A stretch of DNA of 63,810 nucleotides, filler included. It is 14 parts of 14 records of this genome, joined end to end, with 100 filler letters (N's around TTAATTAATTAA, not from the genome) between each part and the next. Parts side by side here need not be neighbours in the genome. Positions count along the whole stretch, not along the records: positions 33,900 to 37,495 come from SRR7504441_102787; positions 37,596 to 40,676 come from SRR7504441_102827; positions 40,777 to 46,755 come from SRR7504441_102846; 11 more parts are not named here. One strand, given 5' to 3'. Below the pieces are notes generated by a model. The model was not told the origin of the DNA. It was given only the letters and a program-made list of their open reading frames with translations, and did no database searches. Shown in pieces: positions 36,901 to 46,855 of this stretch. Position 1 is the stretch's first letter. Each line of letters begins with the position of its first letter. The translations under genes and the position numbers were made by a program.

Positions 36901-37300
36901 CAGCACGGCGGGGCTCTCCGACCGGAGCCTCGTTCCCATCAATCTCCTGGATCTGGAGCACCTGCACCTGCGAGGCCCGCAGCACGCACCACTCCATATT
37001 CGGGGAGACCGAGGTCTGGTCAGTCCGGCACGCATCGAACCCCTGCTGCTGCCAGCTCGCGTCCCCCGCCGCGCAGTACTTTGGCTTGACGAACGTGATC
37101 AGCACCGAGATGAGACCTCCCGTGGTCCCGCCGTGCCGCTCCAGATTTGCGGCGAACCGGCGCGCCTTATCCTCACGCGCAACGTACACCCCGGGGCCGA
37201 GCAGCCCGTCTTCGGACGTCTTGAACCCGTCATGCAGGATCTGTACCGCCGAGTCCCACGAGGTTCCGTGGTACATCTTGAGCGTGGTCAGCGGCGGCAT
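33968..37300 (-). CDS. Gig2-like ADP-ribosyltransferase domain fused to a MOV10/SDE3-type SF1 RNA helicase, 2 introns near the 3' end
   Basis: N-terminus MYHGTS...GFKTSEDGLLGPGVYV...EWCV. Helicase motifs LEVPGLSENRPSVLRGD, GPPGTGKT, CAPSNTAAD, DEAGQ, GDPRQLGP, NYRSH, spliced EGNSPSWFN, EQFQGGER, RFNVAITRA. Confidence 0.92.
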
Positions 37301-37722
37301 GTTGCGTCGTCGGCAGTGTGAGAGGCCTCTCTCACGTCCGTCTGCAGCCGGCGTCTCTCAGCGTGCTCAGCACGCGTGCTGAAGTTCGGGCTGAGCTGTC
37401 CTGCCGTTTTAATTGTCGGGAAGCAATGCATGCAGGCGCGCATGCAGGCGAGCATGCGAACGAAGCAGGCGAAGGGCGCGGGGCTGATAGAGGGCNNNNN
37501 NNNNNNNNNNNNNNNNNNNNNNNNNNNNNNNNNNNNNNNTTAATTAATTAANNNNNNNNNNNNNNNNNNNNNNNNNNNNNNNNNNNNNNNNNNNNCGCGC
37601 GCTTCTGCTTCAGCCATCTTCGGAGCTGAGCGGTTGTGGAGCACAACGGCCGGGTCTGTGCAGAGCATAGGGACTCCCCTGTGCTCTAGCAGCGCTATGC
37701 GTACGTAGCTGCTCTTGATCTA

Positions 37723-37756
37723 GCCTACGCGTAGGCCCCTACGCGTAGGCCCCTAC
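37723..37756. repeat. Tandem palindromic 14-bp unit
   Basis: GCCTACGCGTAGGC is a perfect palindrome; unit CCTACGCGTAGGCC repeats about 2.4 times. Confidence 0.8.
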
Positions 37757-37931
37757 TTCGAGAGTACAGGCATACGCATTATATTCGAGGCACCGCTGTT
37801 AATTAACGTTGTGCACCGTGATTCGGATGCTTTTTAGCAAATCGAGCCCAATTTTGTCGCGTTACCAGTGAAACTCGTGCAGCCACATGAGTTCATGACA
37901 GCAAGTAAGTTTGTACTGGTACATGCCTCGG

Positions 37932-40379
37932 CTAAACCTCGGCCTCGTGCATCTCACGCTGTTCCTCCAGCGCGGCTTGCTCGTGTTGTTGGGGCAGCGG
38001 CTCTGCTCCAGCCGGTCCGATCGAGCTGGGGGGGGCATATGAGTACAGCAGTTTGCCAGTCACAATGTCCTGTGGCTACTGTCAGCCTGCAGTCATCAAG
38101 CCAGTAAAAGGCACCTTGAGCACCAACCTCGCAGCACGCGACTCGTCAAGTCTGCCACTCTTAACGTGAAACCCCCGCAGTCTAGCAAACTCTTGGATAA
38201 AGCTCTCTGGGCTAAGCACAAACTCGTCCAGCAGCACGCCTGCTTGGCAGTCAAGCCAAGCCGATACTGCAGCTACCCTCCGCCTGAGCACCGCCATACA
38301 CGCCGGCCTCTTCGCGCAGCTCGCCGTCATGTTCAAGAGTGACCTGCGAGCAGTGAGCTGCGGCAGGCGATTGGGCGAGCACCCCATACACGGCCTGAAG
38401 CACGCGGCTCGGGATTCTGCGGCAGACCTGCCCGCGCTTGATCGGCCAACGCTCGGGAGGCAGAGAGGGACCAGCCGGATGGCGTCCATGTGGTCACGCA
38501 TCTGGTCGATCGGCAGCACCCCGTTGCACAGCATATCTGACTTGCTCCCTGACAGCGAAGGGAACACCTGCCGTGCCAGTTCCTGCCAGGCTTGGGGCGC
38601 GCTGGTGTACCAGCCCGGGGCAATCGCAGAGCATGATGCTCTGGTCTAGGTTTATTGTCTGGAAATGGCGTGTTTTGCCCGGGCGCGAGGCCACTCCAAC
38701 TTTCTTTTCCTGTGCAGACCGGTCAAATGAGCACCGGGCGGCGAGGCCAGTATTGACTCGTGAGAGAGGATTGGGCCACCTGACATATAGCATTGATGGT
38801 CGAGCTCTTGCCCACGTTCGGGTACCCGACCATCCCCACAACCACTTGCTCCTCAGCCGGGACCTACCAGCCTGCTCAATGCTCTCTAGCCCAGCACTAG
38901 CCACGTTGCACAGGCGCCGTGCAGTCTGCTCGAGCTGAGCGATCAGCTGCTCCCTTGAGAGCACGTCTCCCGCCACCTGCCCTCCACCGTCGGCCCCGGC
39001 CTGTCGCCGCCCCCACCGAGTACGGCCCTTTAGCCACAGGCGCACTGCTCCCGCCGTCCTGCGCCTAGTCAGACCAGCAGGCTGCACAGCCGACCTCGGC
39101 ATCAAGCGCGGCGTTGGCCGACCAGAAGACGCTCTGTATGGAGCGGGCCGCAAACCAGTCAGCCCACCTGCCAACGGACTCATGAGCCAGTCTGTCGGTT
39201 GCAGCTAGGCGCTCACTGTGCACGCTGGTCTGGGCTGAGAAGATCAGCTTTGTTGAGCAAAAGCACGCAGTGCTTGCTAGAGTCGACCTGCAGGCATCAA
39301 TTAGACAGGCCTAGCCTAGCGCTATTTCATACTATATTAAATGCACCTCCTTGACATATGCTTCCAGATCCGGGCAACGGAAAAACAGAGGGTTGCGCGC
39401 GTCCACGATCTGAGCCCTGTGAGCCAAGAACCATCAGCGACTGACCTGCACGATCAGGTGGCTCCGCTCCACAACTCGCCACAGCTGCTTCCACACCTGC
39501 CTGCCCTCTCAGCTAGCTCCCCCCGTCTTCGAATGCGACCTCCAGGTTCTTTTCGAACGGTGAGAGCACCAGCCGCGGATCCGCCTCAAGAGACGCCAAG
39601 TCCCTCCTCCAGCTGAGGAAATCCTGTTCCCAGTGTGAACCGTCCCGCCCGCGGCACCCACCGAGCGTTCCATCTGGTCCAGCTCCTCCGGGGTGGTCGC
39701 CGCGTCCCACTTTGGCCGCCGCGGCACCGTCAGCCTGTCCTCGGGGCTGGCGGGTTGCCCGAGGGCACCGGAACCTCTCCTGGTGCGCTTCCCTGGCCGC
39801 GTCCAGCTCGTCCGGGCTGAACTCGCCCTGGGTGAGCACTCCGCTGCTGTCCTGGACGATGCTAGCCTCGTATCGGTCGGCCTCGAAGTTCCGGTCTGCC
39901 AGCTCCGCGTCGTACCTGCCCTTCGCTCGGGCCAGCCTCCCTTTGGGCGGCACATGAGCTCCTCCAGGTCGGTCATGTCGAGCTTGGACTCGATCGGGCC
40001 GCGCCCGGGCAGCCGGAGCCCGGAGCCGGCCTTGCGCTCATCCAGCAGCGCCGCCTCTCCGTTCATCCCCATCGCCAGGGCTGACTTGAAGATCACCTGC
40101 CGGCCGCTCGCTGGGGCCCGCCCCCTCCCGGCTGCGTGCACCTTGCTCTCCTCCGGGCCCTGCGCCCCCCAGGCTCACCCGGGCAGCTCGGCGAGGCACC
40201 TCAGACTCGCCGTTCCGCCGGCCGCGGGCGTCTTTGCGGGCCTGGTTCCGGTTGCGCATCAGCGCCCCGCCCAGCTTGGCCGACCCCTGCCCCGCTGCTC
40301 GGCCGGCCAGCCAGCTCAGCCGGCCGGCCTTGCCCAGCTTGCGCCCGTGGCCCACTGTGCTGTTCCGGTGGCTCGGCAT
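37932..40379 (-). CDS. LSG1: Large-subunit GTPase LSG1, intron-dense
   Basis: LTVPRRPKWD, FLSWRRDLA, SPFEKNLEVWKQLWRVVERS, VDARNPL, NKADLL, GYPNVGKSSTIN, PGKTRHFQT, CDCPGLV, GVLPIDQMRD. More than 10 short introns and an 18-nt microexon (40142-40159). Confidence 0.93.
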
Positions 40380-40488
40380 TTTCCCCTAGGGGTCTGCGCC
40401 CGTGAGCCGCAGCTTTCTTCCACGGCGTCCGTCCGTTGTCCAGCTCCCCAGCGGCATGGGCCACTGTCTTCCCTGACGCAGCCTGGCC

Positions 40489-40676
40489 ATGGGCGAGTCG
40501 AGCTGGATGCCTCCACTCAACCCGACCAGCACCGCCCCTGCCCACCGTGTCAGCCAGGAGGCCGTAGCTGAGCCGCCCAGGCAGCCGTCCAAGCCGTTCA
40601 TGATCGTTGAGCCGACGCAGCTCGACGCGGAGCAGATCCGTCACATGTTCAAGACGATCAAGACGCTGGGCAAGGG
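40489..40676 (+). CDS. 5' end of a probable protein kinase (truncated)
   Basis: ...FKTIKTLGKG at the contig end resembles entry into a kinase glycine-rich loop. Confidence 0.45.
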
Positions 40677-40776
40677 NNNNNNNNNNNNNNNNNNNNNNNN
40701 NNNNNNNNNNNNNNNNNNNNTTAATTAATTAANNNNNNNNNNNNNNNNNNNNNNNNNNNNNNNNNNNNNNNNNNNN

Positions 40777-41171
40777 ACCGCCAGCTTCTGGCTGGCCACC
40801 GTGGCCTCAATCCCGTTGAGCTGCTGCTGCAGCTGTTGCTCCTTCTGCTCGCTGGCGCTCACCTCCCGGGCCTGCGCCGCCGAGTACTGCTTCAGCTGGC
40901 CGGCGTGGTGCAGCCCGAGCGCCGACTCCTTCTCGGCCGCGTGCAGCTCGGCCGTCTGAGTCCGTTGCCGGGCCAGAAAGTAGGCCCGTTGCTCGGCCGC
41001 GGTGGCCTCCTCCTCCCGCCCGGCCTCCGCCTGCTCCTCGGCCGCCACCGCCTTGGCCGCCACCGCGTCCGGGTCCTGCAGCTGGACCACCTCCGCGCCC
41101 AGCACCGGCGGCACGGCCAGCACCGCCGCCAGCACGGCGACGGCGGCCCACCGCAGCGTCAGGTTCGCCAT
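40777..41171 (-). CDS. Secreted coiled-coil protein, 5' part
   Basis: MANLTLRWAAVAVLAAVLAVPPVLG signal peptide then an A/E/Q-rich helix; truncated by spacer. Confidence 0.7.
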
Positions 41172-41264
41172 GAATTTTGCTTGAAGAAGACTCAACCACC
41201 GGAAATATTATTCTTTTCGCAGCTGCCCCCCACGCCCCAGCGGCACGATCCCAGCCCGAGCCCG

Positions 41265-42119
41265 ATGACGACCGTGGTAGAGCGGGCGGTGTACCGGGCG
41301 CTGCTGCGGGCGGGACGGCGGGTGGAGCGGCGTCCGGCACTGCGGTCGCTGATCCGGCCGCACCATGAGACCGACCGCTGGCCGCTCGGCTCACGGGAGG
41401 CCTCGCTCTGGCAGGCGCTCTGCCAGCCGCACTCGGGCCCGGTCGCCGCGGTGGCCCGTTCCGGGTTCGAGGCGGCGGCGGGGCTGGAGGGGCTGGGGCT
41501 AGAGGCGCTGCGCGAGCTGCAGGACGCGCTGGCGATGGCCGACGCTGTCGGGTTCTGCGAGGCGGCGGCCGGGCGGCTGGACGAGGCGGCCGACCTGGAC
41601 GAGCGGGATGAGGGCCCGGAGCGGCGGGACCCGAGGCGGGCCAAGGCGCTCAAGTACATGGCGATGGCCACGCTGCGACGGACCGAGCAGGAGGAGTATC
41701 TGCAAAAGTCGATCGGCGAATACCCGACTGGGGAGGCCTGGGTGCGGCTGGGGGTGCACTATCGGGAGCAGGGCGAGCCGGGCAGGAGCAAGCGCTGCCT
41801 GGAGCAGGCGATCCGGCTGGACCAGGACTACGGCGACGCGCACAACGAGCTCGGTTGCTTGCTGCTGCTCGAGAACCGGGACGAGGAGGCAGCGGTTAGC
41901 TTTGGCACGGCCAAGGATTGCTCGCGGTTGACAGCTAGGCACACGCCTGCAATGAACCTGGGGGCGCTGTGCCACGCTAAACAGGATTTTAAAGGCGCAC
42001 TGCGCGAATATCTGTCAAGCCTGCACCTGCTGTTGCGGCGTCCAGAGTATCAGAAGGATTTGATCGTGTTGCGGCGAGTGGTACAGGATTTGCTAGACAA
42101 GGTAGGCGAGACCACTTGA
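41265..42119 (+). CDS. TPR-repeat protein with LYR-like N-terminal motif
   Basis: VYRALLRAGRR near the start; EAWVRLGVHY...LEQAIRLDQDYGDAHNELGCLL and MNLGALC TPR pattern. Confidence 0.8.
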   Translation: MTTVVERAVYRALLRAGRRVERRPALRSLIRPHHETDRWPLGSREASLWQALCQPHSGPVAAVARSGFEAAAGLEGLGLEALRELQDALAMADAVGFCEAAAGRLDEAADLDERDEGPERRDPRRAKALKYMAMATLRRTEQEEYLQKSIGEYPTGEAWVRLGVHYREQGEPGRSKRCLEQAIRLDQDYGDAHNELGCLLLLENRDEEAAVSFGTAKDCSRLTARHTPAMNLGALCHAKQDFKGALREYLSSLHLLLRRPEYQKDLIVLRRVVQDLLDKVGETT

Positions 42120-42149
42120 TGACATGCATAATTATCTATACAATGCGTT

Positions 42150-43351
42150 TTAATTGTGCGAGTCTGTGTGGTGTTGCCTCTCGACGTCCCGTCCATGCCA
42201 AGCCAACGGCTTGTCCTCTTTTGCCCAGAAATGGTGGTTCCGCTTGCCCTTCTCGTAATCGTGCAGCTCCAGGCTCGAGGCCCCATCCAGGTCCAGCCCG
42301 ACTGGTATCCGCCGCCGGGCTCCGGTCTCGTCCAAATTGGCCTGCCGCACCAGCTCAGCAGCCCGGGGGCCCGGGGCAGAGCGTACCACCATAAAGTTGC
42401 CACGGTGCGAGTAAACCGTGGCGCCCGGGTCTGCGATCTCGCCCTGCGAACCGCCGCGGACGATCTCGACCCGGACCTCCACGTGGACTGTGTACTTAGT
42501 GACGTCTGCCCCCGGCTCACGGCTGCCAACAGCACGGGTAACTCACAGAGCACTTGCGCGAATAGCTCGATCAAGTCACTGGGGAAGATCGGCTGATAGA
42601 AGAAAAGCCGCCCGACCGAGACCGTGACCATGTGCGGGTTCCGGGTGAAGTTTGAGGCGCAAAAGCTCGCGCTTCTCTCCATCCATAGCAAGAGCTGTCC
42701 ACCAAACACAGAGCCGGAATGATTCACGTCCTGCGGAAAGAAGGTCTTGCGCAGCTGTATGGCCGTATCCCGGATCGGGACCCACTCGCTCTTGCTCCGG
42801 TTGATCTCATCGTCAACCACCTCCCGGGTTAGCAGCCCTGCTGTGTGCTCAGCCCACACCTTGGCCTTCAACTGCCTCCAGTCCCGCGCAAGCCCAGCCC
42901 GTTCGCTCAGGTACGTAGCGTAGCTGGCACACAGCGCCTGGTCCGCCAGTGGGGGTACCCGGGTGGGCCGACCGCCCTCCCCGAGCGCGGCAAAGGTGAG
43001 CATAGCTGCGTGGGTCGGAATCCAGCACCGCCCGAGTACATCTCGCTTCTTCCCGGTGACCTCGACAGTGACCGTCACCCGGCCAGTGGCCACCACCTGG
43101 CTGTCCATGTGCACCAGCTCGCCTGGCACCACCGGCACACGCAGGTCCACTCTGTCCAGCGAGACTGTAGCCATCTGGGCGGCCTGACAGTGCGAGTGCG
43201 CCGCGCGGGCGGCCACAACGTCGACTAGCTTGAGCAGCTCGCCGGCCGCCAGCCGTGACGACTGCCCGGGGTGGCCCATGATCTCGGCCAGCCACGAGGT
43301 CCCCCGGGTCCGGGCCCCGCTGCACATCCCCCGGCGCAGGCCGTGCAGCAT
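42150..43351 (-). CDS. Double hotdog-fold acyl-CoA thioesterase, 2 introns
   Basis: AGELLKLVDVVAA...VSLDRVDLRVPV and PQDVNHSGSVFGGQLLLWME; possible mitochondrial transit peptide MLHGLRRG. Confidence 0.88.
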
Positions 43352-43449
43352 GCCGCTCTCTACCTTCAGTCCTTGATAACGGAAAGAATGCTGCTGTGAA
43401 GACCAGGACCGGGCTAGGCTCGCAGTCGGTGTCGCGTGATTCGGGGCGC

Positions 43450-44887
43450 ATGGCCGAGCCCAGCTGCTGTTCCATCTGGTATCCGAAGCCGACGGCCGGC
43501 CTTCAGGCTGTGGGGCAGCATGGCGGCCCCGCTGGACGCCAGGCTGGGCTGCGGCCACACCTTCTGCCGGGACTGCATCACTAAGTGGAGCCAGAGCGCC
43601 AACGCCTGCCCGCTCTGCAAGGAGCGGTTCAGCGCCATAATCTCCCCGGTCTGCGCCCCCCGCTGTTGCCGGCTCGCTCAGCTGTCCGGGGCAGGGCGGC
43701 ACGCAGACGGCGGTGGAGCACAGGGATTTGCCGGCCGACTACCCACCGGCCCTCGAACGGCCGTGCGCCCGGTGCGGCTCGGACCGGGACGAGCATTTGC
43801 TTTTGATCTGCGACGGGTGCGAGGGTATGTTCCACACGTACTGCCTCCAGCCGCCGCTGCAGCAAGTCCCACCTGGCCGCTGGTTCTGCCGGCACTGCGC
43901 CCGGCCGCGCGACAGCGCCCGTCGGCCGAGGCTTGCTCGCCCCGCGGCCTCCCCTGAACCCGAGGCCGACGGGAGCCAGGCGCTGCGGCTGCGGCTGGAA
44001 CTCGCACGCCGGCAGGCGCCGCGGGTGTCAGAGTCCAGACAGCGGCTGCAGGCTGAGATACAACGGCAGCGCAGGAGGCCCGCGGGTGGGCGGGCAGCAG
44101 CCCCGGCCAGCCGCGGGCCGGATCGGGAGTGGCGGGCCACAGATAACCGGTCGGTGCTGCCGCGTGCGCACCGGCAGGAGCAGCGCTCTCGCCAGGCGGA
44201 GCACGACAGGGAGTGGCAGCTGCTAGATAAGGCACAGCCCCCCCAGGCTGCGGCTGACCGGCTGGGCAGCTCGCCACAAAGCGGCAGAAGCAGCAGCCGC
44301 GTTGCACTGGCCCGCCGCGCAGAGCCCGCCCCGGGCCGGCGGGAGCTCGCCCCAGGGGAATGTCAGGCCTGCCCGCTGCCAGCCCGTGCGAGCCGGCCCG
44401 TCGGTTGATGGCGGCAGCTCAGCCGGCGACGGTGGTCGGCGGGAGTGTGCTCGAGATGACGGGGCGGGCGGCACCACCTGCTGAGTGGCGCGAGCTGCTT
44501 GGGTTGGTCGACCATCAGTATGGTTCTATGCTTAGGGACGGTCGGGCCGTGGCTGGGCTTGCGGAGGCCGTTGCAAGTCTGGCGGTCATGGAGCCGGATG
44601 CGTTCATGCAGGCGGTCAAGCAGGCCGCAGTTAGCGAGCTCAAGGGCTATAAGCTGCATAAGGCGAGGGCGTGCGGGCACGGGGCATGAGCTGGGGGACA
44701 GGAAGCGTTCAGTGCACTGTACAAGCAAGCAGTCAAGGGTCTGTGGAGCATGCGTGGGTCGATGCCCAGAGAGATGGTGGATCAGGCGGTCAGTGAGACG
44801 ATCCGCAAAGTGGCCAAGATCCAAGGGGTTGCATTGCACAGCCGAAGTGCAGCCAAACGGCATGCCAGTGCGATGCACCCAAGCTAG
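43450..44887 (+). CDS. RING + PHD finger protein (PHRF1/SCAF11-like architecture), several introns
   Basis: Spliced CSIC...CGHTFCRDCITKWSQSANACPLCK RING; CARC...LLICDGCEGMFHTYCLQPPLQQVPPGRWFCRHC PHD; helical C-terminus after a GC-AG intron near 44662-44701. Confidence 0.85.
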
Positions 44888-45110
44888 CAGTCCCTATGCA
44901 AATAAACTAATAAGGCAGTAAAACTACAGAACCGTGTAATCAAATAATGACGACAGTCGTAGTACCGACGCCACTAGTTACACGTAGCTAAGTATGAGTA
45001 CCGAAGCGCATGGCACTGTTGTGCACTTGCTGTCTTTGGATAATTTTGAGACATTGCCTATCTTGAATAACATGCTGGCTCTCGCGAGCCTCGCACCACC
45101 ACTGGTCCCC

Positions 45111-45777
45111 TCACTCGAGCTCGGCCGGCTCGGCCTCCTCGCCCGCTGGCGCCTCGCCCTTGAACCAAGGTGATTTTCGACCCCTCGAGCCTGACCTCGG
45201 CGCTGGCTTCTCGTCACTGGGGGGGTGGGCAGCCAGCTGATCTTCCGGGGTCATCGGCATATCGGGCAAGTCGTCCCGGCACTCGAGGAACGACTGGCAG
45301 TTCTTCTTGAACGCCTGAAGAGCCTTGACGTGCGCAGCGATCGAGGCTGCCTTCTCCTGCAGGGCGTCCCTCTCGGTCATTACTTCCTGGTTCTGCTGTC
45401 CGAGCTCCCGGGCACGGATGGTCAGGTCGTTGATCGTCTGCTCCACCGACGCAACCTTCATCTCCAGGGTTTCCACCTGGTCCGCCGGCTCGCCCCGGCC
45501 CCAGCCCGGCAGCCACCTCGTGCATCTTCTTCTTCCCGAACGCGCGGGTCTGTTTGTTCTGGGTCTCCAGCTCGCGAACCCGCTGGGCGAACGCGCTCTT
45601 GAGGATCTCGAGCCCGCAGTCCAGCTGATCTGCTGGGTCTCGGGGCAGGCTCTCTACCACCCCCTCCAGAACCGCCGGGTCCACCGCGGTCTTGGGAGCG
45701 AGCTCCTCGACGTAGCTCCGTCGGCGCTCGGCCCGGCGCTCCTGGGCTTGCTGGCGCTCCACGATCGGGAGCGGCAT
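45111..45777 (-). CDS. Coiled-coil protein resembling the At4g15545-like family, 1 intron
   Basis: LPRDPADQLDCGLEILKSAFAQRVRELE N-terminal motif and LQAFKK end of coil; a 40-nt GT-AG intron joins two ORFs. Confidence 0.65.
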
Positions 45778-46103
45778 GCTAGCGCTGGGTGCCTACGGGA
45801 GCCGCGCAACTAGGCCCGCTGGCTGTGCCTCACCTCGGAATGCCTAAATATAGACAAGTGTTCCGTTGACGTCATGTGAGTCTGGAACAGAAATCTACAG
45901 CTGCATGTAGTCGTGCATCATTCTAATAAATCTGCAGAAACTCTATCTCTGTATATCAACGCTATTGAAGATCTATCTCTACTGTGGGCCTACCGCGACC
46001 GCGGCGATACCAAAGGAAACCACCGGTCTGGCACACGGTCGCGACGGCCTTGTGGTTTGCCACGTCCACCACGTGAATTAATATTTGGCCTTTGGACCAT
46101 ACA

Positions 46104-46755
46104 CTAGACTGGTGGTTCCCTTGGTATCGCCGCGGTCCTTGTCTGGCGGTACGAAGGGAACCTCCGGTCCAACACCCGGTCCAGCCCGGGCGGCGAAAGA
46201 GCATCCGGCTCTCGATTTTGTTGAGGGTCCGGCGACGGCCCGGCTGGTGCCGACTCTTGCCCGACACAGCTTTGTGAGGAGAAATTGGGGGATCGAAGCC
46301 GGGGAAGTGGAGCTCGAAGCTCCCTAGTACTGTGGAGCGGGGAAGTGAGCAGCGCGTCCCGAGTGTGGGAGCCCTCTGCTCTCAGAGTATCCTGCACCGC
46401 ACCCGAGCAATCAGCACAGCCCAACTGCATCCACTCAGCACCTGAAGGGAGTTTAGGCGTATTTGCACTCGATTGGACTTCATTGCGAGCGCCGCACGCG
46501 CCATTGCCTGCTGGTACATTCTGTCGTACGGGTCTTGGGCGTCGGCCGTCTCGTTATGCTCGTGCAACTCCTTCGCTCGCAACTCTGCAGCTAGCTCCTC
46601 TTTCCTCTCAGCATCTTCCGTTACCTTCTTGGCCTCCTCCTCCTCTACTCTCCTGGCCTCCTCCTCAGCTGCCACTCTCCTGGCCTCCTCCGCTAATCTC
46701 CGAGCCTCTTCCTCAGCCCTCAACAACTGAGCCACTGCTATAAAGTCACTAATTG
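46104..46755 (-). CDS. 3' part of a charged-helix (EEEARR repeat) protein
   Basis: AEEEARRLAEEARRVAAEEEARRVEEEEAKK; an intron near 46400-46442 joins to ORF 46104; 5' truncated. Confidence 0.55.
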
Positions 46756-46855
46756 NNNNNNNNNNNNNNNNNNNNNNNNNNNNNNNNNNNNNNNNNNNNT
46801 TAATTAATTAANNNNNNNNNNNNNNNNNNNNNNNNNNNNNNNNNNNNNNNNNNNN

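Noticed and set aside
37932-40379. Frameshifts and stops in LSG1, Prp43, Vps33, MMAA and SNM1 suggesting pseudogenes or programmed frameshifting
   Set aside because: The breaks I examined are resolved by short GT-AG or GC-AG introns that restore conserved motifs.
46620-46720. CCTCCTC-rich tandem repeats as a possible array
   Set aside because: They encode the EEEARR charged helix on the minus strand. No repeat-spacer (CRISPR-like) structure was seen anywhere in the window.
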